The notes under the pieces: model-generated
What the model was told of the DNA's origin: nothing
Seen by the model: the letters and a program-made list of their open reading frames with translations, nothing else
Database searches by the model: none
DNA from: Girardia tigrina
Lineage: Eukaryota
Direction: 5' to 3'
Assembly: GCA_001938485.1 (NCBI GenBank)
Contig: MQRK01255000.1
Location: 1-61,290 of the forward strand
Length of the DNA stretch: 61,290 bases
Shown: one piece after another, positions 13,901 to 26,596 of the stretch
How positions within the stretch are numbered: position 1 is the stretch's first letter
How the letters are laid out: every line of letters starts with the position of its first letter
Program-made: the position numbers and the translations under genes

Positions 13901-14636
13901 AATTCTTCCAACGTTTGTTCATCGATTTATTCTTCTTTGATGACAAGAGTTTCCTTATCCTAATCGATCAGTTCTCTAACTTTGTAGACATTCATCCATT
14001 AAAGCAGTTATCTTCCAATCAAATCATCAGTGCTCTACAAAAGACATTCTGCTATTTTGGTCTTCCCGATATTAATGTGTGTGATAATGGAAAACAATTT
14101 GTCTCCAAGGAATTTAAATCTTACCTTTCAAGTTGCAATATTGAACTAATGTTAACTCCAACGTACTATTCACCAAGTAATGGAAAAGCTGAACGAGCAA
14201 TAAGGAGTACAAAACTATTCTTATCCAAGAATCTGGCTGAAATGGGTTCTGTGGAATTCTGTTTACAACAGTTTTGCATCGACAACAATTTCTTCCCTAG
14301 CTCAAACGGTACAATTCCTTCAACAGAATATTTGGAACAATCTCCTAAAGTCTTAATGAGGAAAACACTACTATCCAATAAACAGGGCATAACGGAAGTG
14401 GTTATTCCACAAACACAAATCGGAACGACCATAGTTCCAATATCAGGTGGTCGACTAGCTCACAATGGGACGTGTTCCATGATGAAGCCAGAAGTAGACG
14501 CGTTCATCAACCAAACTCTCGTTACTTCAATAAAAACTTTGTAAATTAATTGTGGGGGATGTTGTGTCACATGATCAAGGGCTGTTTGTTCGAATGCTTT
14601 ATTAAATAATTCTACAACCTTGAACTTGATACGACA
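10904..14636 (+). mobile_element. Gypsy LTR retrotransposon (Mag-like), full-length but degenerate
   Basis: 77-bp LTRs (10904-10980, 14560-14636; 8 mismatches); PBS TGGCGACGAGGA (tRNA-Ser GCU type); GGGGGA PPT; TATAT/GATAT flanks; gag CCHC knuckles, protease LETGS, RT LPFG/SQDD, RNase H, integrase HPG/WWPG/CDNG/SNGKAER. Confidence 0.93.
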
Positions 14637-17600
14637 GATATAAATGGAATAATTATTTCAAAATATTTTTATATTTAATTTTACTTGACATTTTTCTGGG
14701 AATTCTTAATCTTTTTTTATTTATACCATTTCGCCAAAGTCAATAAAAATGTTTTTGTGATAATAATGTTAAACGTAATAAAATTTTTGTGCATTAAAAA
14801 AATCTGAAATAATCAAATCAGAGTGGATGTGAAGCGCGCCTAACTCTACTAATAGCGGTGTTGGCCCACTGATGGACTAGAACCACTAAAGCACACCAGA
14901 ATATCATTCTGTGAATCAGAAAAATGATTAATATCGAAAAAAATATTACTAGTTTTAAAATATTGAAACCAAAACAGCAATAAAAAAGATATGAATGAAT
15001 TAAATAAAAATTATATTCAGACACTTGTTACTAAAGAAAACAATTTTCCACGTTTGTCAACTATAATTTCTTATACCACTGGGTCCGTAATTATTATTTC
15101 GTTTCCATAGTCCAAACAAACGATTATTAGTCATCATTAACCTTAAACAAGCCTTTACTCATCGTACAAGAGTTTCATTCTGCCTTACAAGTAGACACAG
15201 GTCAAGTTCATATACTTAAACAATTCAAAAACATTATCTTAATCACACATCGTGTCATTTAACATATTCAGTTTCAAATAAACTTCACCATAACATCTTT
15301 GTATATCTTTTGACGGTAATCGTGGTAAAGATACTTAAAACTACGAACCGTTAACATAACTGCTAAAATTAAAAAATATTACATTTTACTTACGAGGATG
15401 AGTATAGTAAATTTGATACAGATTGTTCATATTGTTCATATAATTATGTAAAACATAAAATTTAAACTTACAATTTTATAAAAAGATTATTTTTCGAGGA
15501 ACAGAAATTACTTATCACAGAATTAAACGAGTTTCATGGAACAGATTAGACCTAAAAGAAACAGATCAGTTTAATAAGAGTTGAATAATTGTGACTCGAT
15601 TCCAACGGGACCCCTCATCGATGAGTTGGTAATGATATTTCGATAATCAACCTCTTCAAATATTAAATGACGCCAATCCAAATAGTAAAATAAATAATCA
15701 AATAATCACACAGAAATGTAATTAAAAACCATTTTTATTTTTCAATTTAAATTCTATATTATGAAGATAAAGCCATGAAATAATGCCACATGAAGAAGTT
15801 CTAGTTTAGCTTTTGACAATATCTGTCTAGACGTACTATTCTTCATAAATCTAATACAAGATCATTAGTAATTGAAACAATTTCTAGAAGTTCCTACAAT
15901 TGCTTAATATTAGAAATGTGTGAATGCACATTTTTGAATAATTAGATTCAGTTTGGTGAAACTGATAGAAAGTTCAGCGATGTCAAATATTCATGAATAC
16001 TAGTTAAAAAAGTCGAAATAAATTGCAAATTTAACCACAGAATATTGAAAACCGTCTCAAATAAATCAAGCTTTATATTCCAAAACCTGGCGAAGTATTT
16101 CAAACATACCATACAAATGAAGCTTCCAGCCTGTCCAATAGATAAAGTTAGTTCGTTTTCTACAATTTGAATCTTGATAATATAACGAATCCATGTTCTA
16201 GACATTTAAGAAATAAGCGATGAAATTAAACGTGATCCAAACATTCAATTGGCGGACTGTGAGTAAACCTGATCATGAAGCAAAAAATAGAATAATTAGA
16301 CAGGTGCATCTCGATGCATGGTGTACATAAATGTTTCAAAACAGAATATCAAAGTCTAATAACTATACAAAACATTTTTAAAAGAAGATGTGCCCAAGAA
16401 GAATTTGAATAAAGTAATATTCAATTTATAACTTCAGATAAAAATAGATAAAAAACGTGAACATTAAAAATAAAAAAAACAAGTCGGAAAAGAAACTCGA
16501 TTTTAAAAATTTGGATTACTTTTTAGTTCTAATAAAATAAAATAATTATACCAAAGTTTTGTTTTTTAAACATAATATATATTACGATCTGCTGAAATAT
16601 TCTGAAGCCGATAATTTAATTAGGTTTCCGAAAGAAAATATATTTGAAATATGAAGAAGTTTAGTTGAGGTGACTCCCCGCAACTGATCTGACTGTCGAC
16701 AGAGCCGACTTGAGTCCCCCTCTGATTCACTGGGCCGTTCATCTTATACAACATTGCTTTCACACAACTCTCTTCCATACATAAAAAACGGTTTTATCAG
16801 TTAATAAAAACAAAAATAATTAAATTAAGCGTCAAAAGCAGTAACACAAATCGTTCAAAAATGAAACGTTAAGTGTCAATAATTAAAAAAATTAAAATTT
16901 ATCCAAGTATGATTTCACATAATTAATTCATGTTGATCATTATTTAATCACAGAGATAAAATGGGGTGCAAATACAACAAAAAATCAATACAAATAAAAT
17001 TATCGAAATTATTGAGCATTTGAGAGAATGATAATCAAAAGCATCCAAAGCTCCTAAAACATGCCAGTTATAATGGTGGAACGAAAACCCACAAACCGTG
17101 CACTGCTCCAAATGCAACACTCCACAATACACTTTTGTTAATTATTTTTTATTCAAATCAAAATTTATGTCTCTATAGGTATTAGGAATTATAATGCAAA
17201 TAATATAAGTAAAAGTGCTCTATATGTATATAATTACCATAACAATAAAATAATTGATATTCTAATGGAAATCTAAAATTAGATAATTATAATTTAATAA
17301 ATAATTGATAATGCCAGTAATATATTTACGCAGGTCAGACACAGGAATCAACTGGAACACTGAATCTCACTGCTTATTTTTGTAATAACATATGCTAAAG
17401 AAAAAATATATTTCAAAGCTGTAAATGAAGATATATATCAAACTAGTAAATCAAAAAATTAAAATTTTAATATCCATTCTTTATGCAGACAAAACTCTAC
17501 TTTGCCAACCAAGTTTTTCAAATTTAAAAATTTAAGATTTAAAATTTTTAAATTAAAAAACAAATTAAAAATTAATAAAAACTACCTATAATTTATAAAT

Positions 17601-17976
17601 AGATATCTTGCAGTTAATATTGTTCGGGAACTCCGAATTTTCCGTTTTTTCCCATTTTGGGATCTTAAAAAGTTTTTTTCGATCAAATTTTTACTTAATT
17701 TTTTTATTATCGAGAATGAGTAAGTGTGCGAAGTTTGAAGAAAATCGATTGAGTAGAAGGCCTTCAAAAACAGGTTTCTAAATTCCATAGATACACACAC
17801 ATATATATATATATACCTATATAGAAAGTAAGTTAATAAAAGAACTTGAATAAATATAATCAAACACATTGACATTGATGTGCAAGCATAGGTTTGCACC
17901 AGGGCACCCCATTATCAATTGATCTCCATCTTAGTAGTACCAACCCTTGAATAAAAGCTGCTCTCTTTATAAGCTA

Positions 17977-19055
17977 TCATGACCATAATGATTCCCTATT
18001 ATCTAGCTCACTTAGTGTGACTAACTGATAATGAATATGGTATTGATGAATCATTGAAATGAAGAAGTGGAGATATTTATATATTAGATATTTGTAATTT
18101 TCCTTTTTACACCAATTTTGTGGGTTATATGGACGAAATGCAGTACAATTTAGTGACCGGTTCGCAATAATATGGAGAATGTAAGAGAAATAAAATAAGT
18201 TTGACCCTTTTCCAGTTGTTTTAAAAGTAAAATACGATTTGAAAACTTCATAAAATAATATAAGTTCTTTGGTCAACCACATTAGACTATTTGACTGAAT
18301 TTTATGGACTAAAGATTTCCAAAGAGACATTACCACTTTCAGATATATAAATGTTAAACATAAGAAATCATTATAATGTTGCGTTTATCAAAACAAATTG
18401 CAAACTCTACTATACTACACAGAAATTATAGCATAGTAAATATATGATATGATAGGTGAATCATAAGATTAACCTGAAAGATTTTTTATCGGAGATAAAT
18501 TATTTGATGTGATCTCAGTTCCACCGCTCCACCGTTGAAGTACACTAAACAATGATGGCAGCAAGTACTGGATGACGCGAATACGCAATGTACATCCAAC
18601 GAAAAGTAATTGATTGAAATACTATGACTGTATTACACTACTACAATAATCTTTGTTGCTACTGTAACAAAACAATTGTTTCTGTGCAGAAACAGCAAGA
18701 ATAAATCACTGCTGAATATTATTCGCATTCTCGTATGGAAAGAAATGATTCCTCAAATAAATAAATAATTCTCGTAACTTTATGAAAGTACCAAAACTTA
18801 ATTTTAACATTTATACAAATGACGAAAGACCAGATAAGTTATGTTAAAACCATTTGGCAGTAAATAATAAATCAACGTTTAATAAAATCCATTTCAGTCG
18901 TGGAAAGTGGATATCCTTTGACACAACATTCTGGTTTTTAATGTACTTCCACAGTTTCAAAGATTGGAAAAATATCTTCTTCGTCTTCTCTTTCAATAAT
19001 ATTCCGATATAAACGCGACCAAGGATACAAATGATTTGAGAAGCAAGTATATTTG
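17977..19055 (-). CDS. Candidate exons of an unidentified gene (possibly the 5' part of the 8.8-10.4 kb gene)
   Basis: Open exon 18621-18474 splices in phase to 18335 (VVMSLWKSLV...). Another open exon starts at 19055 after a 42-nt intron. Not fully assembled. Confidence 0.3.
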
Positions 19056-19647
19056 CTTGAAAAGAATTTTATGAAGTGTGAAAATAGCAGAGATTACCTA
19101 GAATATATCTAACAAGTCATAGCTGAAAAAAGCCTGAAGAAAATCAAACTAATGTTGATAAAGCAGCAGTTACATGCCTGGAAGAATACATAAAATATTT
19201 TAATAACACTCCCCATTATCAGAATAATTGTATTCCAGGGCACAAACAAAGATTTATTTCATCTAAATAAACCATATATGTTACAAGTGAAATCGGACAA
19301 AAGCACATTAAGAGAACTTCTGCTGTGCTTCATAGTAAATGGAATTTCCATTGTTGCTCACACTGTAGCAGCAACTATTACTCGATATTTGTTTCTCCTA
19401 CCAGAAACAAGACGCATTGAATTTACATAATCTTAAGGTATTCTAGTCACATATCAAGATTAAATGGGATCAAGATCATGGTCACCTGTATCACAGATGG
19501 ATTAAATGTCTAATTTACCATAACAACCGATTCTTAATACAGCAAGGTTCATCCCATCTATGATATGATATGAATTTATTATAATTGATAAAATTTTTAC
19601 AAAACTGCGAATAAAGTAAATATGATTTATTTTATTAAAAAAATAAT

Positions 19648-20059
19648 TTATTTTATTAAGGCGCTAACACTGTTTGGAAAATTGCAATTTGTATCTGATA
19701 CAGCTGGACAGGATATTGGGGGCACGTTCTGGGATCTGCCAATAAACTGGGCCGCCGAATACTTTAGATTGTTTATGGCGGACACCGACGACGAGGGGGA
19801 GTGGTTGAGATTGGAATTGACACTTCCTCTGTACGGATCACTTGTAGAAAAGTAGCCCGACGATTCGATTGTGCTAACTATCGTTTTTCCTATTTCAACG
19901 AATTCATAATTCCGTTTTTCCTAATGTAATATAAATTATTAATTCAAGCACAATTCAAATTACTTTTTGAATCGTATCATTTTCTTCCGAAATGTTTATT
20001 TCCATTTCTTTGATTCGATTTATAATTTCCTTCGCGTTTTCTTGAAGACTGCTTAACTT
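19648..20059 (-). CDS. RasGAP terminal exons (coiled coil plus tail)
   Basis: Exon 20059-19964 (KLSSLQENAKEIINRIKEMEINI), 43-nt intron, exon 19920-19648 (EKRN...SALIK*). Resembles the family coiled coil (IISRLMSVEEEL...EKRI). Confidence 0.75.
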
Positions 20060-23000
20060 CTAAAATAGACACAACAATATAAAATATATTTTAGATGTTT
20101 TGAAAAATATTTTTCAAATTAGAAATGTACTCCCCCTATTTCGAAATAATGTTTAAATATTACCATGGCTTTTTGTTCAAAAATAATATTTACGTTTCTA
20201 ATTAAGATGAATGTTCTTGATGTCTTTGAATTTATCATCATAGTTTTATTTTCTCTTTGATGATGACTCGACAACAATTTCACCTACTCAAAGTTTATCA
20301 GAAGAGTTTCCCTACAGTTTCTAAATCAAAACTCTTGACATAATTGTACTCATCTGAAAATTCATTTATGGTTCCATGCTTCAGTTTGATGATTTCTGCT
20401 GGATGTATTAATTAAGAAATCTTGAAAAAATCGCACTTTTTTCTTTATTAGACAATCGATAAGTTGGACATGGCCTCCCATCTCTTTCAATGATATTGAG
20501 CTAAGGCTCTTCAGAAAGTCCACCATAACTAAAGGTACTTGCAGTCCCTGATAGGCATCTTACGGGGTCGTCAGCTTTCCACTTACGAACTCTCTTCAGC
20601 CCTTCTGTGAAAAACAATCAATCATGTTTAAATGTTCCATGATTCTGCATTCCTCTTGTTGATCTAGTAGACTTAAAGCAGCCGGCAAAAGGATTTTGAA
20701 GTTTCGTTTTTCTGAAAGGTCAGTCAATTGCAAACTTGCAACTTCTAAGTAGATCATCTCAGAAGTATTCGTTAAGTAGTTCGCACCTACGATCGGTACC
20801 TAAATATTGCTGGTAATTTTTGGCTTGTTTTCCTTCGTAGTTTCTTTGCTTCTTTCTGATTTATGTCGCTTCTGAGGTATTGATGTTACTTTAGTTGTTT
20901 TTTTGGTTGTTTCGATAGCATTAAAGTTAAACGTAATTATTTTGTAACTATTTTCGATTTTTAATTTAAAATCAACTGATTTTAAACTAATTTAACACTT
21001 ACAAGAAAAAAACCGACCTGTAATGATGGAAATTTTAGATGGTCCAGACTTACAAAAATCAATATAACTTAATGTTCATCTTTCTCCCACCCAGATGGAA
21101 GATTGATACTTTAAATATTTTAAAACGTCGGGTTATTTATTCAATTTAAAATTTAAATAAGTAAATTTAAAATTAAATTAATATATCATAAATAATATAA
21201 CTAAAATATTTTTTTAAATAATTAAAATTATTTTGTAATTTAAATTTATTTGAATAATAAGACGTTTAGAAATAGAATTAATTTTATCAATTAAGAACGA
21301 TGACTAGCTATGAAAGTTTTATGGAGCATTGTCCTAGTGACAATTCAAATTGTATTATCAACAAATGTTTTGAAAATCCAATTAGTGTTCTTAATAACTT
21401 AAATGATTCTAAATAGGCTACAATAATGTTTTATTAAATAAACAAAAATATTAAAAGGAAAAAGCGAGTCTTTCATATAACCTAATTAATTATTAAAATT
21501 GCTGACCATAAAAATCTGTTCTTTTCGTTTAATGTTTTGTACGATATATGATCTGTTAATTAGACAGTCAATATTTGTTAGCTTATTAATGCTTAACCAA
21601 CTGAATAGCTTCAAAGTGTAAAAATTTAACAAACAAAATGGTTATTTACAATTCTTATAAGTAGATATTTCACTTTTGTTTGATATTTCTTCATGTTAAT
21701 GACCTTTTTTCAATATTTAAAGTACCGTATTTATCGGACTATAAACTGCGGCTTATATGAAAAAAAAGTATGAAAATTAAAATAAAATTGGTTAGACTTA
21801 TACGCGTGCGCTACTTATATAAAAATAAAAACATCAATATATAAAAACAAAACCAATAATTTTATTTTAAGATTATTCGATTTCCTCGAATCCATCAAAA
21901 TCTTCATCACCTATTATTTCAAATGTTTCGAAAATGTTCAAAAATTCCGTTTGGATTTCTTGTAAATCTTTATCCTCACTTCCAGTTTCAATTTCTGAAT
22001 CATCATCACCTTCGATATTTTCATCATAAGTTTGAATCCCTGCTTTCTTAAATCCATTTTTAATACACTTTGGTGTAACTTCTTCCCAGCATTTAACAAT
22101 CCAATCGCATATTTCTGAATATGTCACTCTTTTGATTTTCCCCGTTTTGTTGTAAATGTGACAACCATTGATAATCTAATTTTCCCAATGTATCTTTAGC
22201 TTAGATTTGAACGATTTGTATGCGACTTATAGGCTTGTGCGATTTAAACGCTGTTGAATTTAATTTTCAAAATTTAAAAAAAATGGGATTCGACTTATTT
22301 GCGAGTGCGACTTATAGTCCGATAAATACGGTAAATAAAATCGGCTTTCAGACACGTTGAATGTTGGGCCTATTGTGGATCAACCGATGATAGATGAGAT
22401 TATAGAAGTAGCACGTTCTCCACCCTGTTAAAATCGACAGATATAACTCAAATTATCGTAAATATTACAACAACTTGTAATACTATCATTCCTAGGAAAG
22501 ACTAATGTTACTCTTTCCACTTCGTATGTTGCTCTTTCAGTAGATCATAGGGAGCATTACATTGTGATAATTCAAGTAAGCACCAGCATAATTTTACAAA
22601 AGAACTAAGCAATCTTACACGAACTAAACAATCTATAACTATGGTCTGAATAATGGTTCTCATATTTAATTGGAAACATTGTCATAGATATCATCTTACA
22701 AGTATTACCGCATCTTGAATATTATGTTTGTGGATGAATATTTCGTGTTTAGTGTTTGAAAATTTCGGACCAAGACGAAAGTTGTGGAGGAGTTCAAGCT
22801 TCACAAATTTCAACTAATTATATTGCAATCATAATTTTTGTACTTAAAGTTACAAGATTTTGAATCCAGACGAATTCCTAAATAGGAGTTCACTCATAGT
22901 GAAGCTTATCTCTAAAAAATGCATAAAAGATTTTAAAAAGTCTCGTAGTTACGACATATAATTGCGCAAGTCTTCCTATGGATCCATCCAAGAAAAGTAT

Positions 23001-26000
23001 TATCAATATTTTCAATCAATATTCATGGAATCAGAATATCATTAATCTACGAATAGAATTTATACTGATTCCAATGAACAGTGATATCCATTAATAAATG
23101 TTTGAACATCGGTAATTATCTCAAATACTGTCTCAAATTCACTAGATTCATTAATAAATATCGAATTAAGTGTAAAAATAACTGTACATGAGTTGATAAT
23201 TCGCTCAGATAGTAATCTATGTAATAGCACAATCTGGCGGGGGCAATTGCGAATCTTTGTCCCGAAACAGGATTGGAGGCATTATTGGAATATTCATACT
23301 CGTTTATCATAGAAATTGAGTCTATGAAGTCAGACATTTGGCCATAGTATTCTCTACAATGGAGCGCCATCGATTGCATATAAGTTTCTTTGGTATCATC
23401 AATACTGGCAAAATTGGCAATATTTTGAACACATTTTGCCACCTACAAAGAAGCGGATCAATATAAATAATAAAAAATTTATCTATAATAAAATTAACAC
23501 TAATTATATTCTATATGTAAAATATTATAATAAGGTTTATCATAACAAACCCAAGTAATCTTATTAATGTATTTTTTGTTAGAAAATAAAAATTATAACA
23601 ACATACAGAAAACCAAAGGATTTTATGCAATCAAAGTGTATTTGTTTAGATATGTAATAAAGGCAAACAAATTTATATTTAAATAAATAAAACCAAAGGA
23701 TTTTATTTATTTAATTAAATACGCGATAAAGGCGTGATTGACTGCCTCTGGTTGGTTGATATTTCTGTCCTATTATTATATAGCACATGACATATTTCAT
23801 TATTTATTTCTACAATTGACTGATTTTCAACGCAGGGTTATTTCTTTCTTTAAGAAGTAACACCCTACTTGGGACTTACAAAAGTGCACCGAAGTTCTTC
23901 CCAAGTTTTTCGCTGATATTACTGAAAAGCAGTTTTATGCTGAGTGTAATAAACTGAGGAATATTGGTGTGGCCACTGCCCAAATGCATAAGAAAGGAAC
24001 ATGTAGAAAACGAAAACTTTATTCTTCAGTTCAAAAGCCGTGCTCAGAATGGTAGTTACTTCAGAGAACAGTCCTCGTCGTCAGCACAGCAATCAACGAC
24101 AAATCACATCTGCATTGCATATTCCATATGGATCAATGTTCAATATTTTAAAGGAAAGTCGCTTGAAATGTTATCACAAAATCAAATATCATAAACAAAA
24201 CCGGGTTTCCAAATCAACAGAACTTATCAATCGATATGGAGTTGAAGGAAGGTGGAAAATTGCCTGGTTCTAAGATTAGACTATCTTCAACATAACGACT
24301 TCTTTAAACAGATAGAATGAACGCCTCTATCAAGCAGTCGAATTGAAAACTGAGATACCTGAACATGAGCTTGAGGTGGAAGTTGATAAACAACAACCCT
24401 CAAAAATGGCCTATGCCAGTGTATCTTGACATGGAAAAACAGAGTTACGTTTCCTCGAGGGATTCGCTGAAGGTCAATATAATGTGGTTTCTTTAAAACG
24501 AAAGAAGAAAACCATCAACCAAACTGTATATCGCGATGAGATGTGTCCATTGATGTTTAGGTATTTCAGTGATGTAATGAGCGCTGAAGAATGGATTTGG
24601 CAATAAGACGGGGCAAAACAACATACGACTACGGCTACAGTTAACTGGTTAGAGAAGAACAAACCTTAGTTCATCAGGCCTTCTGAGTGACCATCGAATA
24701 GTCCCAACCTGAATGTTATGTATTATAGCATCTGGGGAATTTTCCTTCAACACTTGCAAGCAATATGCAGCGATATAACCACGGTTGATGAACTTAAAAG
24801 TGCTTTACTACTCACATGGCAGAAAATCGAAATAGAAGTAATTCTCAAGTCCCCAGCTTCCTCGAGTTCACGTCTTCGAAAGAGTTACAACAATGACGCA
24901 GGATATTTTGAACACCTCTGAACAGCAAGCGCATTTATGTAAATATATATTTGTTTGACTTTATAATGTCTTTAATTAAATATACTTTGGTTTCATAAAA
25001 TCCTTTGGTTTTCTACTGGGTACCCTGTAGTACAATATAAAAATAATTCAGCACGGTTTTAATGTCTCAAAATCATTGGCGCAAATCACTTCAGTGGTCA
25101 AACATTTCAATCGTACTTTATTTTACAAATATTTAAGTAATTATTCACATAATTTTCTATTTTAATATCACTTTAATTGACTTTCTTCATCTTTAAAAAC
25201 AACCAAAAGTCATATGTCTCTGTGTTTCTAAATGGTTTTTAAATGATTGAGTTTTTTTTAATATTATTTCTTTCCATTTCTTAGCCAAGAGCAACCAATT
25301 AAAATACTGGTTTTTGATCACGAATCTTACGTTTTATATACTATATGAAACCAATATCAGAGGTTACTTATAAAACAGTAACCTCGACATTCTGTTGTCA
25401 GTTTGTTACTTCCTGACATGGTTTGTTAAAAATTCTGTGATCTTTAATGATAAATTTAAAAAACTGGAAAATTTGAGATTAACTATTAATTAAGCATTTG
25501 CGTATATATATATACGCCTTGTTTCGTCTTGTTTACCAACCGCTGTTAATGAAATATATCTACTGAATTGATCGATGATTGCGACAATGTAATTTTTCTT
25601 TCTCCATGTCTCTTTTAGTGGTCCACAAATATCGATANNNNNNNNNNNNNNNNNNNNNNNNNNNNNNNNNNNNNNNNNNNNNNNNNNNNNNNNNNNNNNN
25701 NNNNNNNNNNNNNNNNNNNNNNNNNNNNNNNNNNNNNNNNNNNNNNNNNNNNNNNNNNNNNNNNNNNNNNNNNNNNNNNNNNNNNNNNNNNNNNNNNNNN
25801 NNNNNNNNNNNNNNNNNNNNNNNNNNNNNNNNNNNNNNNNNNNNNNNNNNNNNNNNNNNNNNNNNNNNNNNNNNNNNNNNNNNNNNNNNNNNNNNNNNNN
25901 NNNNNNNNNNNNNNNNNNNNNNNNNNNNNNNNNNNNNNNNNNNNNNNNNNNNNNNNNNNNNNNNNNNNNNNNNNNNNNNNNNNNNNNNNNNNNNNNNNNN

Positions 26001-26561
26001 NNNNNNNNNNNNNNNNNNNNNNNNNNNNNNNNNNNNNNNNNNNNNNNNNNNNNNNNNNNNNNNNNNNNNNNNNNNNNNNNNNNNNNNNNNNNNNNNNNNN
26101 NNNNNNNNNNNNNNNNNNNNNNNNNNNNNNNNNNNNNNNNNNNNNNNNNNNNNNNNNNNNNNNNNNNNNNNNNNNNNNNNNNNNNNNNNNNNNNNNNNNN
26201 NNNNNNNNNNNNNNNNNNNNNNNNNNNNNNNNNNNNNNNNNNNNNNNNNNNNNNNNNNNNNNNNNNNNNNNNNNNNNNNNNNNNNNNNNNNNNNNNNNNN
26301 NNNNNNNNNNNNNNNNNNNNNNNNNNNNNNNNNNNNNNNNNNNNNNNNNNNNNNNNNNNNNNNNNNNNNNNNNNNNNNNNNNNNNNNNNNNNNNNNNNNN
26401 NNNNNNNNNNNNNNNNNNNNNNNNNNNNNNNNNNNNNNNNNNNNNNNNNNNNNNNNNNNNNNNNNNNNNNNNNNNNNNNNNNNNNNNNNNNNNNNNNNNN
26501 NNNNNNNNNNNNNNNNNNNNNNNNNNNNNNNNNNNNNNNNNNNNNNNNNNNNNNNNNNNNN

Positions 26562-26596
<35 letters not shown>

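Noticed and set aside
16660-16780. GC-rich patch as a ribozyme, tRNA or first exon
   Set aside because: No HDV, hammerhead or cloverleaf fold; the short minus-strand ORF could not be linked to other exons.
20160-20930. Degenerate coding-like tract (also 51500-52070, 28380-28570, 30600-30750)
   Set aside because: Probably old TE debris, but the motifs are too eroded to assign.
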